DNA of 48,601 nt. It comes from Eubacteriales bacterium. Lineage in GTDB: Bacteria; Bacillota; Clostridia; Oscillospirales; SIG627. Below are positions 9,740 through 19,038 of the stretch, piece after piece; positions within the stretch are counted from its first letter, which is position 1, and each line of letters starts with the position of its first letter. The stretch lies in NCBI GenBank assembly GCA_045657125.1, contig JAZOSM010000009.1, positions 1-48,601 of the forward strand. The letters are read 5' to 3'. The notes beneath the pieces are model-generated. The model was not told the origin of the DNA. It did no database searches and saw nothing but the letters and a program-made list of their open reading frames with translations. Both the position numbers and the translations under genes were made by a program.

Positions 9740-10615
9740 TTATAACTTATCTTTGCAAAGGGCGAGAAAATTTTTCATCGCTTTGGAGTGGAAACTGTTT
9801 TTCATGGTTACGATGGCGCGCTGCGTGGTTAAAATTTCATCCTCGATAACCTTGTAAGCAAGCTCCTTATGACAGTAGGAAAGACTGTTTTCCGGGACGA
9901 TGGCAATGCCAAGCCCCGCCTCTGCCCATTTCAGGCAAAGAGTGAGCTGTTTGTTACGGGCGCGAATGTTTGGCTGGAACAGCATTCGGTCACAAAGATT
10001 ACGGAACAAAGGCTCGTAACGGCGGATGATGAGAATGGGTTTGTCCTCCAAATCGTGGAGAGAAATGACCGCCTCCTCTTTGTCGAAGGAGAAAACATTG
10101 GGGTCGTAAGCGCAGACCAGCCGTTCGTCACTGATGTAAAATACGTCCATTTCGGGACTGATGGGGCAAGGCGTACTGACCACCCCGATTTCGGCAACGC
10201 CGTCTTCCAGCATACGAAGAATGTCCTCGGACTCTTTTTCAATAATGTCAAAGGTGATTTGCGGATACTGCTTGGAGAACAGCGGAATAATTTCTTGAAG
10301 CAGGTTGATCTCGCCGGACTGAATGGTGGCGATTTTCAAACAACCGACGTCGCCCGTGCGCGTATCGGAGATTTCACTGATCATGGCATTTTCCAAAAGG
10401 ATGATGCTTTTTGCCCGTTCGTAAAAGAGCTTGCCCGCATCCGTTAATTTTTGGTGACGGGAATTGCGTTCGATGAGCGTGGTATTGACCTCCTTTTCCA
10501 GAGCCTTGAGCTGATTGGAAAGGGCGGGCTGCGCAATAAAAAGGGTTCTGGATGCGGCAGTGAGAGAACCTGCATCCACGATTTCCACAAAATTGCGTAG
10601 TGTTTTGATGTCCAT
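9740..10615 (-). CDS. LysR family transcriptional regulator
   Basis: N-terminal wHTH MDIKTLRNFVEIVDAGSLTAASRTLFIAQPALSNQLKALEKEVNTTLIERNSR followed by a LysR substrate-binding-type C-terminus. ATG 10615 (AGGTGG RBS) is preferred over GTG 10624. Divergent from the YitT gene. Confidence 0.88.
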   Translation of the reverse strand: MDIKTLRNFVEIVDAGSLTAASRTLFIAQPALSNQLKALEKEVNTTLIERNSRHQKLTDAGKLFYERAKSIILLENAMISEISDTRTGDVGCLKIATIQSGEINLLQEIIPLFSKQYPQITFDIIEKESEDILRMLEDGVAEIGVVSTPCPISPEMDVFYISDERLVCAYDPNVFSFDKEEAVISLHDLEDKPILIIRRYEPLFRNLCDRMLFQPNIRARNKQLTLCLKWAEAGLGIAIVPENSLSYCHKELAYKVIEDEILTTQRAIVTMKNSFHSKAMKNFLALCKDKL

Positions 10616-10732
10616 ATCATCCACCTATTTCTTAAAGTTATAGAAAATCTAAAATCAAGCAAAAACCATTATAGATTCAGTATATACTACAAATTTCGAA
10701 AAATCAAGTCTGTTTTGATAAAAGAGGGAAAT

Positions 10733-11596
10733 ATGAAGCAAAAAAACAAGTGGTATTCTTACGTGGTAATTTTGGCTATGGCTTGTCTGATGGCGCTGAA
10801 TTACAGAATTCTGATTTTGGAAAATTCTTTTGCGCCTGCCGGACTGAACGGCATTGCCACTATGATACAGTACAAATTGAATTTCAGTGTGGGATATATG
10901 AGCCTTTTGATCAACATCCCTCTTTGTATTATGGCGTTTTTTGCGGTAGATCGGGATTACGCCTTGAAAAGCTTAACCTTTTCTCTTGGCTTTTCTCTGT
11001 TTTTGCTTTTGTTCCAATACGGCATTGATCTGGAACGTTTTACATATAAAACGGCCAGCAGTACCATTCTTGCACCCTTGACCGCAGGCGTAATCAACGG
11101 CTACATCTACGGAAATGTGATTCGATCCAACGGTTCTACGGGCGGCACGGATATCGTAGCTGCTTGCGTACACGAGAAAAAGCCGGAAATGAATTTGGTC
11201 TGGATTATTTTCGCCATAAACTGCGCGGTAGCAGGTGCTTCGTATTTTGTATACGACCATAAGCTGGAGCCTGTTATTTTATGTATTTTGTATTCGTTTC
11301 TCACAAGTAAGGTCAGTGATTCCATTTTGCGCGGCGGCAAGGAGCAATTGAAGTTTGAGATTATTACGAACCGCCACGAGGAAATGAGCCGTGAGATTAT
11401 TGAAAAGCTTCGCCACGGTGTTACGGTGCTTCCTGCCAAGGGAATGTATTCGGGTAATGATTTGTATATGGTGGTTTGCATTATCAATAAGCATCAGATC
11501 GCAAAGCTTCGCGCGATCATTGATGCCTACCCGGGTTCTTTTGCCAACGTAACCCAGGCCAATGAAATTTTTGGTAACTTTAAAACTGTAAAATAA
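10733..11596 (+). CDS. YitT family membrane protein (DUF2179 C-terminal domain)
   Basis: Multi-transmembrane N-terminus with GSTGGTDIV, and a C-terminal soluble domain (ITNRHEEMSREIIEKLRHGVTVLPAKGMYSG...). ATG 10733 with a GAGGG RBS is preferred over TTG 10715. Confidence 0.7.
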   Translation: MKQKNKWYSYVVILAMACLMALNYRILILENSFAPAGLNGIATMIQYKLNFSVGYMSLLINIPLCIMAFFAVDRDYALKSLTFSLGFSLFLLLFQYGIDLERFTYKTASSTILAPLTAGVINGYIYGNVIRSNGSTGGTDIVAACVHEKKPEMNLVWIIFAINCAVAGASYFVYDHKLEPVILCILYSFLTSKVSDSILRGGKEQLKFEIITNRHEEMSREIIEKLRHGVTVLPAKGMYSGNDLYMVVCIINKHQIAKLRAIIDAYPGSFANVTQANEIFGNFKTVK

Positions 11597-11617
11597 ATCA
11601 GCAGAAAGGGAAAAAAC

Positions 11618-12766
11618 ATGATACTGATCAAAAACGGACACATCAAAACCATGACCGGAGAGGAATATGAAAACGGTTGTATTCTTCTTGGCTCTGACGG
11701 CAAGATTGCCGAAATCGCTGAAAATATTGAAGCTCCCGAAGGTACATACGTAATTGATGCAGAGGGAAAGCTTGTAACCCCCGGCTGCGTGGAAGCACAC
11801 TGTCACATCGGTCTCCACGAGGAGGCAATGAGATGGGAAGGCGCGGACATCAATGAGAAGGGAGATCCCATTACTCCCCAAATGCGCGCCATTGATGCGA
11901 TTCGTCCTCACGACGAGGCTTTTGAAAATGCCATTTCCCACGGTGTTACCTGCGCGGTAACGGGTCCCGGCTCTGCCAACGTGATCGGCGGAACCTTTGC
12001 TGCCATTAAGCTGTGGGGCGAGAGCGTAGACGAAATGATCGTGAAGCACCCCGTTGCCATGAAATGCGCCTTTGGTGAAAACCCCAAGGGAGCGTACGGA
12101 AACACCTTGAAAAAACTTCCCGTTACCCGTATGGGTACGGCGGCAATGCTGCGCGAAACTTTGTTTAAGGCAAAGGAGTATATGGAAGCAAAGGATTCCG
12201 GCAAGGCACCGAAATTCGATATGAAAATGGAAGCGATGCTTCCCGTTATGAGAAAAGAGATTCCTTTGAAGGCACACGCTCACAGAGCAGACGATATTCT
12301 CACCTCCATCCGCATTGCAAAGGAATTTGATTTGGATTTGACGATGGATCACTGCACCGAGGGCTGGCTTGTGGCTGACCATTTGGGAAAAGAAAACTAT
12401 CCTGCTTTCTGCGGTCCTACCTTCGGTTCCAAGAGCAAGATCGAGCTTTCCGGTAAGAGCTTTCGCACGGCAGGCGTTCTTCACGAAGCAGGGGTGAAGG
12501 TCAGCATTATTACCGACGCTCCCGTAACGCCTCTCCAATATCTGCCTTTGTGTGCAGGTCTTAACGTTGCGGCAGGTCTGCCCTACGAGGAGGCTTGGAA
12601 AGCGATCACCATCAATCCCGCAGAGTCTTGCGGCATTGCCGACCGTGTGGGAAGTCTTGAGGTTGGCAAGGATGCCGACGTAGTAATCTGGACTGCTGAT
12701 CCCATGACGGTAGTCGGTGCACAGGCATACGTTACCATCATCAGCGGCGAGATCGTATATCAGTAA
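11618..12766 (+). CDS. Amidohydrolase superfamily metal-dependent hydrolase
   Basis: N-terminal beta-sandwich pattern (MILIKNGHI...VIDAEGKLVTPGCVEAHCHIGL) with the HxH metal motif. C-terminal GSLEVGKDADVVIW is typical of the family. Confidence 0.8.
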   Translation: MILIKNGHIKTMTGEEYENGCILLGSDGKIAEIAENIEAPEGTYVIDAEGKLVTPGCVEAHCHIGLHEEAMRWEGADINEKGDPITPQMRAIDAIRPHDEAFENAISHGVTCAVTGPGSANVIGGTFAAIKLWGESVDEMIVKHPVAMKCAFGENPKGAYGNTLKKLPVTRMGTAAMLRETLFKAKEYMEAKDSGKAPKFDMKMEAMLPVMRKEIPLKAHAHRADDILTSIRIAKEFDLDLTMDHCTEGWLVADHLGKENYPAFCGPTFGSKSKIELSGKSFRTAGVLHEAGVKVSIITDAPVTPLQYLPLCAGLNVAAGLPYEEAWKAITINPAESCGIADRVGSLEVGKDADVVIWTADPMTVVGAQAYVTIISGEIVYQ

Positions 12767-12770
12767 ATCT

Positions 12771-14111
12771 ATGAAAAGATTTTTTGCTTTTTGTTTGACG
12801 CTGACGCTCCTTTTGTCGGGATGCTCCCGAATTGAGCCTATGACGGAGGAGGTTGATACGAAAGCTGAAGATGAAAAGGAAATTGTTTCTTCCGAGGAAA
12901 GCAGTGTAAAGAACTGTTACGGTGTGCCCATCCACATCAACGAGAACGAATATCAGGTGATTGCCGATTCGGATCCGTCGGAAATTATGGGCAGACGTCT
13001 GACCCGGGAGAACATCAATTCGTTTCCCATCAAGAGTGCGGATATGACTACTGACGAGCTCAGAGCGCTGTGCGTTGATTTTTTGCAATTTTCCAAAACA
13101 GCCCTTTGGATTCCCGACGAGGATTTTGATTATATCCGCAACAAAAACGGTTCCCGCGATAAAATGTCTGCAGGTGAAATCTACGGCGGTTTGCCCTATA
13201 TCGGTATGGCTACGGGGAATATTTACCGTTTGATGGATTATATGGACGAAGCCCGTGGCGTTGTGGATATGAGCGAGGCATCGAAGAATTCCAAGTTTTT
13301 CGGCAATCAATGCTCCGTCGGCGCTTATTGGGGTTGGGCAAGAGTGGTCAACTCCGCCGATTACAACTGGACTTACAACATGGTGGCATCCCGCGGCTTT
13401 ATCCCTGTGGGTCCCTATACGTATAATACGGCGATTTCCTCTTTGAAAGAGCAAGGCAGTGACGATATTTGTTCTGCAAACGGGGAACAGATTATGTACC
13501 AAAGCTATGCCCAAATGCTTCCCGCGGATGGAATGATTGCGTATCATCCTACGGGCGGTCACGTGATTATGTGTTCGAAAGCGCCCCACGTAGAGTATCT
13601 TCCCGATGGAACCATTGACGGGGAAAACAGTTATCTCTATATTACCGATCAACACCAAAAATGGGTTGAGCAGGAAAGCGCCGCAGGTGTAACTTATCAG
13701 CACAAAAACTACATTAACAGGAAGTTTACCTTCCGCAAACTGTTCAAGGCCTACTACATTCCCTTTACCTTTGGTGAATTTTTGGGAACCGATCCTGTTG
13801 AGGAAACGGTTTGCACGGTCAATCTTGAGGGAAGTCATATTACCGTGACCCAACTTAAAAATGCCGTGGTAAAGGCAAACTACGGTATTTCCGACGTCTA
13901 TGTATATTTGAAGAATCCCGCCGGCGAGATCCTTTTTTACAAGGCGGCGCGCGTGGTTCGCGCAGGGGAGACGGAATTAGGGCTTTCTGAAACGGTATAC
14001 GGGGCAACCTTTGATCGATATGCCGATGGAAAGCATACCGTTGAGGTGGTATGCCAATTGGGTACCGGGGAGAGGCTGTCTCTTTATGACGGCACCCTTT
14101 TGGGAAAATAG
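12771..14111 (+). CDS. Lipoprotein, uncharacterised family with a conserved Cys/His dyad (paralog 1)
   Basis: Lipobox MKRFFAFCLTLTLLLSGC. Conserved FGNQCSVGAYWGWARV and TGGHVIMC. No SD before ATG 12771, which lies 5 nt after the upstream stop. Confidence 0.7.
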   Translation: MKRFFAFCLTLTLLLSGCSRIEPMTEEVDTKAEDEKEIVSSEESSVKNCYGVPIHINENEYQVIADSDPSEIMGRRLTRENINSFPIKSADMTTDELRALCVDFLQFSKTALWIPDEDFDYIRNKNGSRDKMSAGEIYGGLPYIGMATGNIYRLMDYMDEARGVVDMSEASKNSKFFGNQCSVGAYWGWARVVNSADYNWTYNMVASRGFIPVGPYTYNTAISSLKEQGSDDICSANGEQIMYQSYAQMLPADGMIAYHPTGGHVIMCSKAPHVEYLPDGTIDGENSYLYITDQHQKWVEQESAAGVTYQHKNYINRKFTFRKLFKAYYIPFTFGEFLGTDPVEETVCTVNLEGSHITVTQLKNAVVKANYGISDVYVYLKNPAGEILFYKAARVVRAGETELGLSETVYGATFDRYADGKHTVEVVCQLGTGERLSLYDGTLLGK

Positions 14112-14145
14112 AAGTATTTTTTGATATGAAATCAGGAGTGCGTTT

Positions 14146-15495
14146 ATGATGAAACGGTATTTTGTGGTTCTTTTATGTGTAAGCTTGCTTCTTACGGGAT
14201 GTTCCGTCGGGCTTACTCTGGAGGAAGAAAGCGTGGTGCAAACCACGGAGGCAAAGAAGAATGCTCCCTCAAAGCAAGAGAAATATAATGCAGAAAACCC
14301 TTACGGTGCACCGATCTATATCAATGAGAATGAGTATCAGGTGATTGCCGATGCGGATCAGTCGGAAATTATGGGCAGACGTCTGACCTGGGAGAACATC
14401 AATTCGTTTCCCATCAAGAGCGCAGATATGACTACGGACGAGCTCAGAGCGCTTTGCGTTGACTTCTTCCAATTTTCCAAGACTGCCCTTTGGATTCCCG
14501 ACGACGATTTCAGTTATATTCGCAACAAAAAAGGTACCCGTGATAAAATGTCTGCCGGTGAGATCTACGGAGGACTTCCGTATATCGGCAGTGCGACGGG
14601 TAATATTTACCGACTGATGGACTACATGGATGAGGATCGGGGCGTTGTGGATATGAGCGAGGCATCGAAGTATCCCAAGCTTTTTGGAAATCAGTGCTCG
14701 GTGGGCTCCTATTGGGGCTGGGCACGAGTGATCAATTCCGCAGACTACGACTGGACTTTTAATATGGTCGCATCCCGCGGCTTTATCCCCGTAGGACCTA
14801 TGACCTATAACAAAGAGATTACGTCCTTCAATGAGTACAGCACCGTGCAGATCTGTTTTGATAACGGCGAACAGACCATGTTCAAAAGTTATGCCAACAT
14901 GCTTCCTGCAGACGGACTGACCTCCAACGATCCTTCCGTCGGACACGTAATTATGTGTTCGAAAGCGCCCCACGTGGAGTATCTTCCCGATGGAACCATT
15001 GACGGCGAAAAGAGCTATATCTATATTACCGACCAGCATCAGGGATGGGTGGAAAAAGAAAATTCTGCAGGAACCGTTTACGAGCACAAAAATTATATCA
15101 ACCTGAAGAAAACCTTCTCAAAGCTTTTCAAGGCAAATTACGTACCCTTTACCTTCGGAGAATTTCACGGGACCGATCCCGTTGAGGAAACGGTGTGCAC
15201 CTTCGGACACGAGGGAAGTGAAATTACCGTAAATCAGCTGAAAACTGCCCCCGTTACCGCAAACTACGGCATTTCCGACATCTACGTTTATCTGCGGAAT
15301 GAAGAAGGCGAAATCCTGTTTTACAAAGTAAAACGCGCCAACACCGCAGGAAAGAAGACCATGGATTTTTCGGAAACGGTATACGGAACCTCCTTTGATA
15401 AATACGCCGACGGAAAGCATACCGTCGAGGTAGTTTGTCAGCTTGGAACGGGAGAACGTCCTACAATTTATACGGGAACTCTGGTAAAAAATTAG
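14146..15495 (+). CDS. Lipoprotein, same family (paralog 2)
   Basis: AGGAG RBS and lipobox VSLLLTGC. Conserved FGNQCSVGSYWGWARV and VGHVIMC. Confidence 0.75.
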   Translation: MMKRYFVVLLCVSLLLTGCSVGLTLEEESVVQTTEAKKNAPSKQEKYNAENPYGAPIYINENEYQVIADADQSEIMGRRLTWENINSFPIKSADMTTDELRALCVDFFQFSKTALWIPDDDFSYIRNKKGTRDKMSAGEIYGGLPYIGSATGNIYRLMDYMDEDRGVVDMSEASKYPKLFGNQCSVGSYWGWARVINSADYDWTFNMVASRGFIPVGPMTYNKEITSFNEYSTVQICFDNGEQTMFKSYANMLPADGLTSNDPSVGHVIMCSKAPHVEYLPDGTIDGEKSYIYITDQHQGWVEKENSAGTVYEHKNYINLKKTFSKLFKANYVPFTFGEFHGTDPVEETVCTFGHEGSEITVNQLKTAPVTANYGISDIYVYLRNEEGEILFYKVKRANTAGKKTMDFSETVYGTSFDKYADGKHTVEVVCQLGTGERPTIYTGTLVKN

Positions 15496-15530
15496 AACGC
15501 TCTTTGAGTTTAGAGAGGAGGATATTTGTA

Positions 15531-16889
15531 GTGAAGCAAAGATTTGCTATTCTCTTATGCGTGTCCGTCCTTTTGACCGGCTGCGCTCGACTTGAGCCGG
15601 CTATCGAGGAAAAGGTTGAAACGGAAACGAAGACGGTGCAGGCAAATACCTCGAAGTCCTCTGTGAAAAAGGTGCAGTACAATGCGGTCAACTGCTACGG
15701 CGCGCCCATTTATATCGAGGAGGGGGAGTATCCGATCATCGCGGGCGCTCCTTCTACGGAAATTACGGGAAGAAGCCTGACCTTGGAGAATCTGGACTCC
15801 TTTCCCATTAAGAGCGAGGATATGACTCTGATGGAACGTAGAATGCTCTGCGTGGAGTTTTTCCAGTTTGCGAAAACCGCTCTGTGGATTTCCGACGATG
15901 ATTTTAGCTACGAGCGCAACAAAAAGGGAACGGTGGATAAGATGACCGCCGGTACGATCTACGGTGGTGTTCCTTACATCGGCTACGCTACGGGTAACGT
16001 TTACCGCGTGATGGACTATATGGATTCCGAGACGGGAGTTGTGGATATGAGTGAATTATCCAGATATCCGCTGCTGTTCGGAAATCAATGCTCCGTCGGC
16101 TCTTATTGGGGCTGGGCGAGAGTGGTCAATTCTGCCGATTACGACTGGACGTATAATATGGTGGCTTCCCGCGGCTTTATCCCCGTAGGACCTATGACCT
16201 ATAACAAAGAGATTACGTCCTTCAATGAGTACAGCACCGTGCAGATCTGTTTTGATAACGGCGAACAAACCATGTTCAAAAGCTATGCCAATATGCTTCC
16301 CGCGGACGGACTGATCTCCAACGACCCCTCCGTAGGACACGTGGTGATGTGCACCGCGGTACCTACCGTGGTGTACAAGGCGGACGACGGAACCATCGAC
16401 GGCGCCAACAGTTTCCTCTGCTTCACCGATCAGAATCAAGGATGGATCGAGGAAGAAAACGCCGCGGGAACCGTTTATCAGCACAAAAAGTTTATCAATA
16501 AAAAAATAAGCTTTGCATCGCTTCTTAAGTCCAGCTACGTTCCCTTTACCTTTGGAGAATTTTTGGGTACGGATCCCGTTGAAGAAACCGTTTGCACCAC
16601 CAACCTTACGGGAGAAACGGTTACCGTGCAACAATTGAGCAATGCGGTGGTAACGGCTAACTACGGCATTTCCGATATTTACATATATGTGAAGAATGCC
16701 GAGGAAGAAGTGCTCTTTTACAGAGTGAAGCGCGCCGATATCGCAGGCAAAATGCAAATGGATTTCTCCGACGTGGTGTACGATTTTACCTTTGGCAAAT
16801 ATACCGACGGAAAGCATACCGTCGAGGTGGTTTGTCAGCTTGGAACGGGAGAACGGCCTACGATTTATACGGGAACTCTGGTAAAATAA
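15531..16889 (+). CDS. Lipoprotein, same family (paralog 3)
   Basis: GTG start at 15531 with a GAGAGGAGG RBS (15513-15521). Lipobox VSVLLTGC. Conserved FGNQCSVGSYWGWARV and VGHVVMC. Confidence 0.7.
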   Translation: MKQRFAILLCVSVLLTGCARLEPAIEEKVETETKTVQANTSKSSVKKVQYNAVNCYGAPIYIEEGEYPIIAGAPSTEITGRSLTLENLDSFPIKSEDMTLMERRMLCVEFFQFAKTALWISDDDFSYERNKKGTVDKMTAGTIYGGVPYIGYATGNVYRVMDYMDSETGVVDMSELSRYPLLFGNQCSVGSYWGWARVVNSADYDWTYNMVASRGFIPVGPMTYNKEITSFNEYSTVQICFDNGEQTMFKSYANMLPADGLISNDPSVGHVVMCTAVPTVVYKADDGTIDGANSFLCFTDQNQGWIEEENAAGTVYQHKKFINKKISFASLLKSSYVPFTFGEFLGTDPVEETVCTTNLTGETVTVQQLSNAVVTANYGISDIYIYVKNAEEEVLFYRVKRADIAGKMQMDFSDVVYDFTFGKYTDGKHTVEVVCQLGTGERPTIYTGTLVK

Positions 16890-16895
16890 AAACAA

Positions 16896-16927
16896 AAAGA
16901 ACTGACCGATTCGGTCAGTTCTTTTTT
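16896..16927 (+). terminator. Rho-independent terminator of the lipoprotein triplet
   Basis: Stem AAAGAACTGACCG / CGGTCAGTTCTTT with a 3-nt loop, followed by a T-run (16922-16927). Confidence 0.8.
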
Positions 16928-17050
16928 CGTTGCAGCCTTTGTTTTTCCGTGGACGGTATAGGGCAAAATGCAGAATGACCGACGAGCGCCGTCCGTCGGA
17001 TGGCTCCTTATCATTCCAAGAAAACTCCGTCCGGTGTATAATGGAAAAAA

Positions 17051-17097
17051 CGAATAAAAAAGAGACCTCCCTTGATAGAAAGACTACTTTGGGAGGT
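17051..17097 (-). terminator. Terminator candidate downstream of the minus-strand dockerin/DUF2927-like gene
   Basis: Stem ACCTCCC (17065-17071) / GGGAGGT (17091-17097) with a large, partly paired loop. The minus strand continues with CTCTTTTTTATT. Confidence 0.45.
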
Positions 17098-17123
17098 TTT
17101 TGCAGTTAAATGGGGGAAACTTT

Positions 17124-18098
17124 TTAATAATACAATTTTGCAATGCGGTCTCTGCACGTAGCGGAATCTGCACCGCAGGGGATGGATGGGTCGTAAAGCA
17201 ATTTTAAAATCAACCAGTCCATATCACTTAAAGAGGTGTTGTCGTCGGAATACTGATAGACGATGCTGTCTTCCCGCAAAACGGTATCGGTAATGCCCAG
17301 TCCGTTGATGACCTCCTCGATCAAAACAGAGTTTCTGACGGATTGGGAAATATCCGTACGGTATCCGATGTTAGCCGTATAAATATTGTTGGTGGCAGTA
17401 TAGTACCAGTATTGAACGGCGCCCGTGGCGTTTGACCCTGCAATGTGGGAAAAGGCGTAGTTGAAATCCTTTTTGCTCAAAAAACGCAGTTCCAAATTGG
17501 GTGCGTTGTCATCCGATGCGGGATAAATTCCGGGGAAGCCTTTGACCTGATTGAGCCGGGTGAAAAGATTTTTCAAAACGTCGAGGTCTTCTGCAGTTGG
17601 CTTTCCGTAGATCGCGTAATAGATCGGTTCGTCCCACTTTTGAACCAAAGAGGTATTTCCTTCTCCGTCGCTGTATTCCGCGTGCAGAACGACCTCCTCG
17701 AAATATTCGATGACCTGCTCGGGCGTATATTTTGGCAGATAAAGTTCAGAATGCAAGGGCTTGATTTCGTGGCTTTGGCTTTTGCATGCCGGCAGGGGAT
17801 AGGTTTCGGGAAAGTTTGCATAGAACAGCAGATAAATGGCATCGTCGATGCCCACGGTGTCATCCTGATTGATGTCTGCTACGAGGTTGTCGCAGAGAGG
17901 GTATGCTTCGGGAAAGTTTGCGTGGAACAGAAGGTAAATGGCGTCGTCAATATCAACGCTTCCGCTTTGATCCATATCCGAAATGGCGATGCATCCCGTG
18001 CAGAGGGTGGGAAGTGCGGCGCTGTTGACGGAAAAGCTCGCTCCCCAAAGCGGCAGGAGAAGTGCAGAAAGCAAAAAAAGCGAAATAAATTTTTTCAT
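17124..18098 (-). CDS. Secreted protein: N-terminal double dockerin-like repeat plus DUF2927-like domain
   Basis: Signal peptide MKKFISLFLLSALLLPLWGA. Two Ca-binding-loop-type repeats: DMDQSGSVDIDDAIYLLFHANFPEAYPL and DINQDDTVGIDDAIYLLFYANFPETYPL. C-terminal pattern KWDEPIYYAIYG...LIEEVINGLGITD...LSDMDWLILKLLYDPSIPCG recalls DUF2927. Confidence 0.55.
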   Translation of the reverse strand: MKKFISLFLLSALLLPLWGASFSVNSAALPTLCTGCIAISDMDQSGSVDIDDAIYLLFHANFPEAYPLCDNLVADINQDDTVGIDDAIYLLFYANFPETYPLPACKSQSHEIKPLHSELYLPKYTPEQVIEYFEEVVLHAEYSDGEGNTSLVQKWDEPIYYAIYGKPTAEDLDVLKNLFTRLNQVKGFPGIYPASDDNAPNLELRFLSKKDFNYAFSHIAGSNATGAVQYWYYTATNNIYTANIGYRTDISQSVRNSVLIEEVINGLGITDTVLREDSIVYQYSDDNTSLSDMDWLILKLLYDPSIPCGADSATCRDRIAKLYY

Positions 18099-18106
18099 AA
18101 CGGATT

Positions 18107-18889
18107 TTAGAAAAGCTCTACGTCTTTGTCACGCATAATGTGGATGCAAATGGGATTTTCGGAGGAGGTGACGTTGCAAAGGCGTTCCATTTCCAAACGG
18201 TTGTTAAGAATTTCTCTGCCGTGGTGGGTAAAGCGGAGGTTGGGGATTTTATTTTCTACGGCAAAGTCCAGAACGTCTTTGACCTTGTGATGGCCCGTTT
18301 CCATAATCAGCATATCACAGCCGCCCTCCATCAAGGGAAGCATTTCCTCGGGGTGTCTGATATCACCCGAGAATACGATGCGTTTGCCCTCGGCTTCAAT
18401 GAGATAAGAAAAGGCGTGCCAGCCGTTGGATCCGTCTTCCTTCAGGTGGGCGTTGTGCAGGGTAGTAACACGGATGTTCTCATCCTCAAACATTACGCCG
18501 TCGCACATTTGGTGCTCTACGAATGTGTAAGGGAATTTATTGGAAACGTCCTGAAACGCGACGGTTTTTACCGCCTCCAAAAGATTTTTATTGGGGAAGA
18601 AAAATTCCAAGGTGTCGTTGCGCACCAAGGTTTTTCCGTAGTGGTTGTGGTATTTTCTGATGCAGGAAAGCAGATTTGCCAGTCCGCCGTAGTGGTCGAT
18701 ATGGCCGTGGGAAATGAACAGCGCAACGGTGTTCATAACGTCAAGTCCCATTTCGGTTGCCGCGTGGAAGCAGTTTTCACCTGCCTCAAACCAATAATTG
18801 ACACCGCCGATCTCCAAAACGAAAGAGGAATGATGCATACCGGGGATGGGCTCCGTGCCGGAGCAAGTTCCCAAAAAATGAAATTTCAT
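18107..18889 (-). CDS. MBL-fold metallo-hydrolase
   Basis: HxHxDH motif (SHGHIDHYGG). ATG 18889 (MKFHFLGTCSG) follows AAGGAG with a 6-nt spacer. Ends 8 nt before the next minus-strand gene, so probably an operon. Confidence 0.85.
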   Translation of the reverse strand: MKFHFLGTCSGTEPIPGMHHSSFVLEIGGVNYWFEAGENCFHAATEMGLDVMNTVALFISHGHIDHYGGLANLLSCIRKYHNHYGKTLVRNDTLEFFFPNKNLLEAVKTVAFQDVSNKFPYTFVEHQMCDGVMFEDENIRVTTLHNAHLKEDGSNGWHAFSYLIEAEGKRIVFSGDIRHPEEMLPLMEGGCDMLIMETGHHKVKDVLDFAVENKIPNLRFTHHGREILNNRLEMERLCNVTSSENPICIHIMRDKDVELF

Positions 18890-19038
18890 ATGGTACTCCT
18901 TAAATTTTTTTCTACCATTAATCATATCACGGCTCTCTTTTTTTTGCAAGAAAAAAAGGAGCTTTTTTTAAGTTGTCATTGCGTGTCAGTACTGCTTTCG
19001 TATATCATTCGCTCAACGAAAACAAGCAAGGAGGCAAT

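Noticed and set aside
12717-12770. Upstream alternative start for lipoprotein paralog 1, plus analogous extended starts at 6126, 15435, 18973, 40701, 42350 and 44760
   Set aside because: The extensions overlap upstream genes or lack RBSs. The internal starts are followed immediately by signal peptide/lipobox or conserved N-termini, and most have clear SD sequences.
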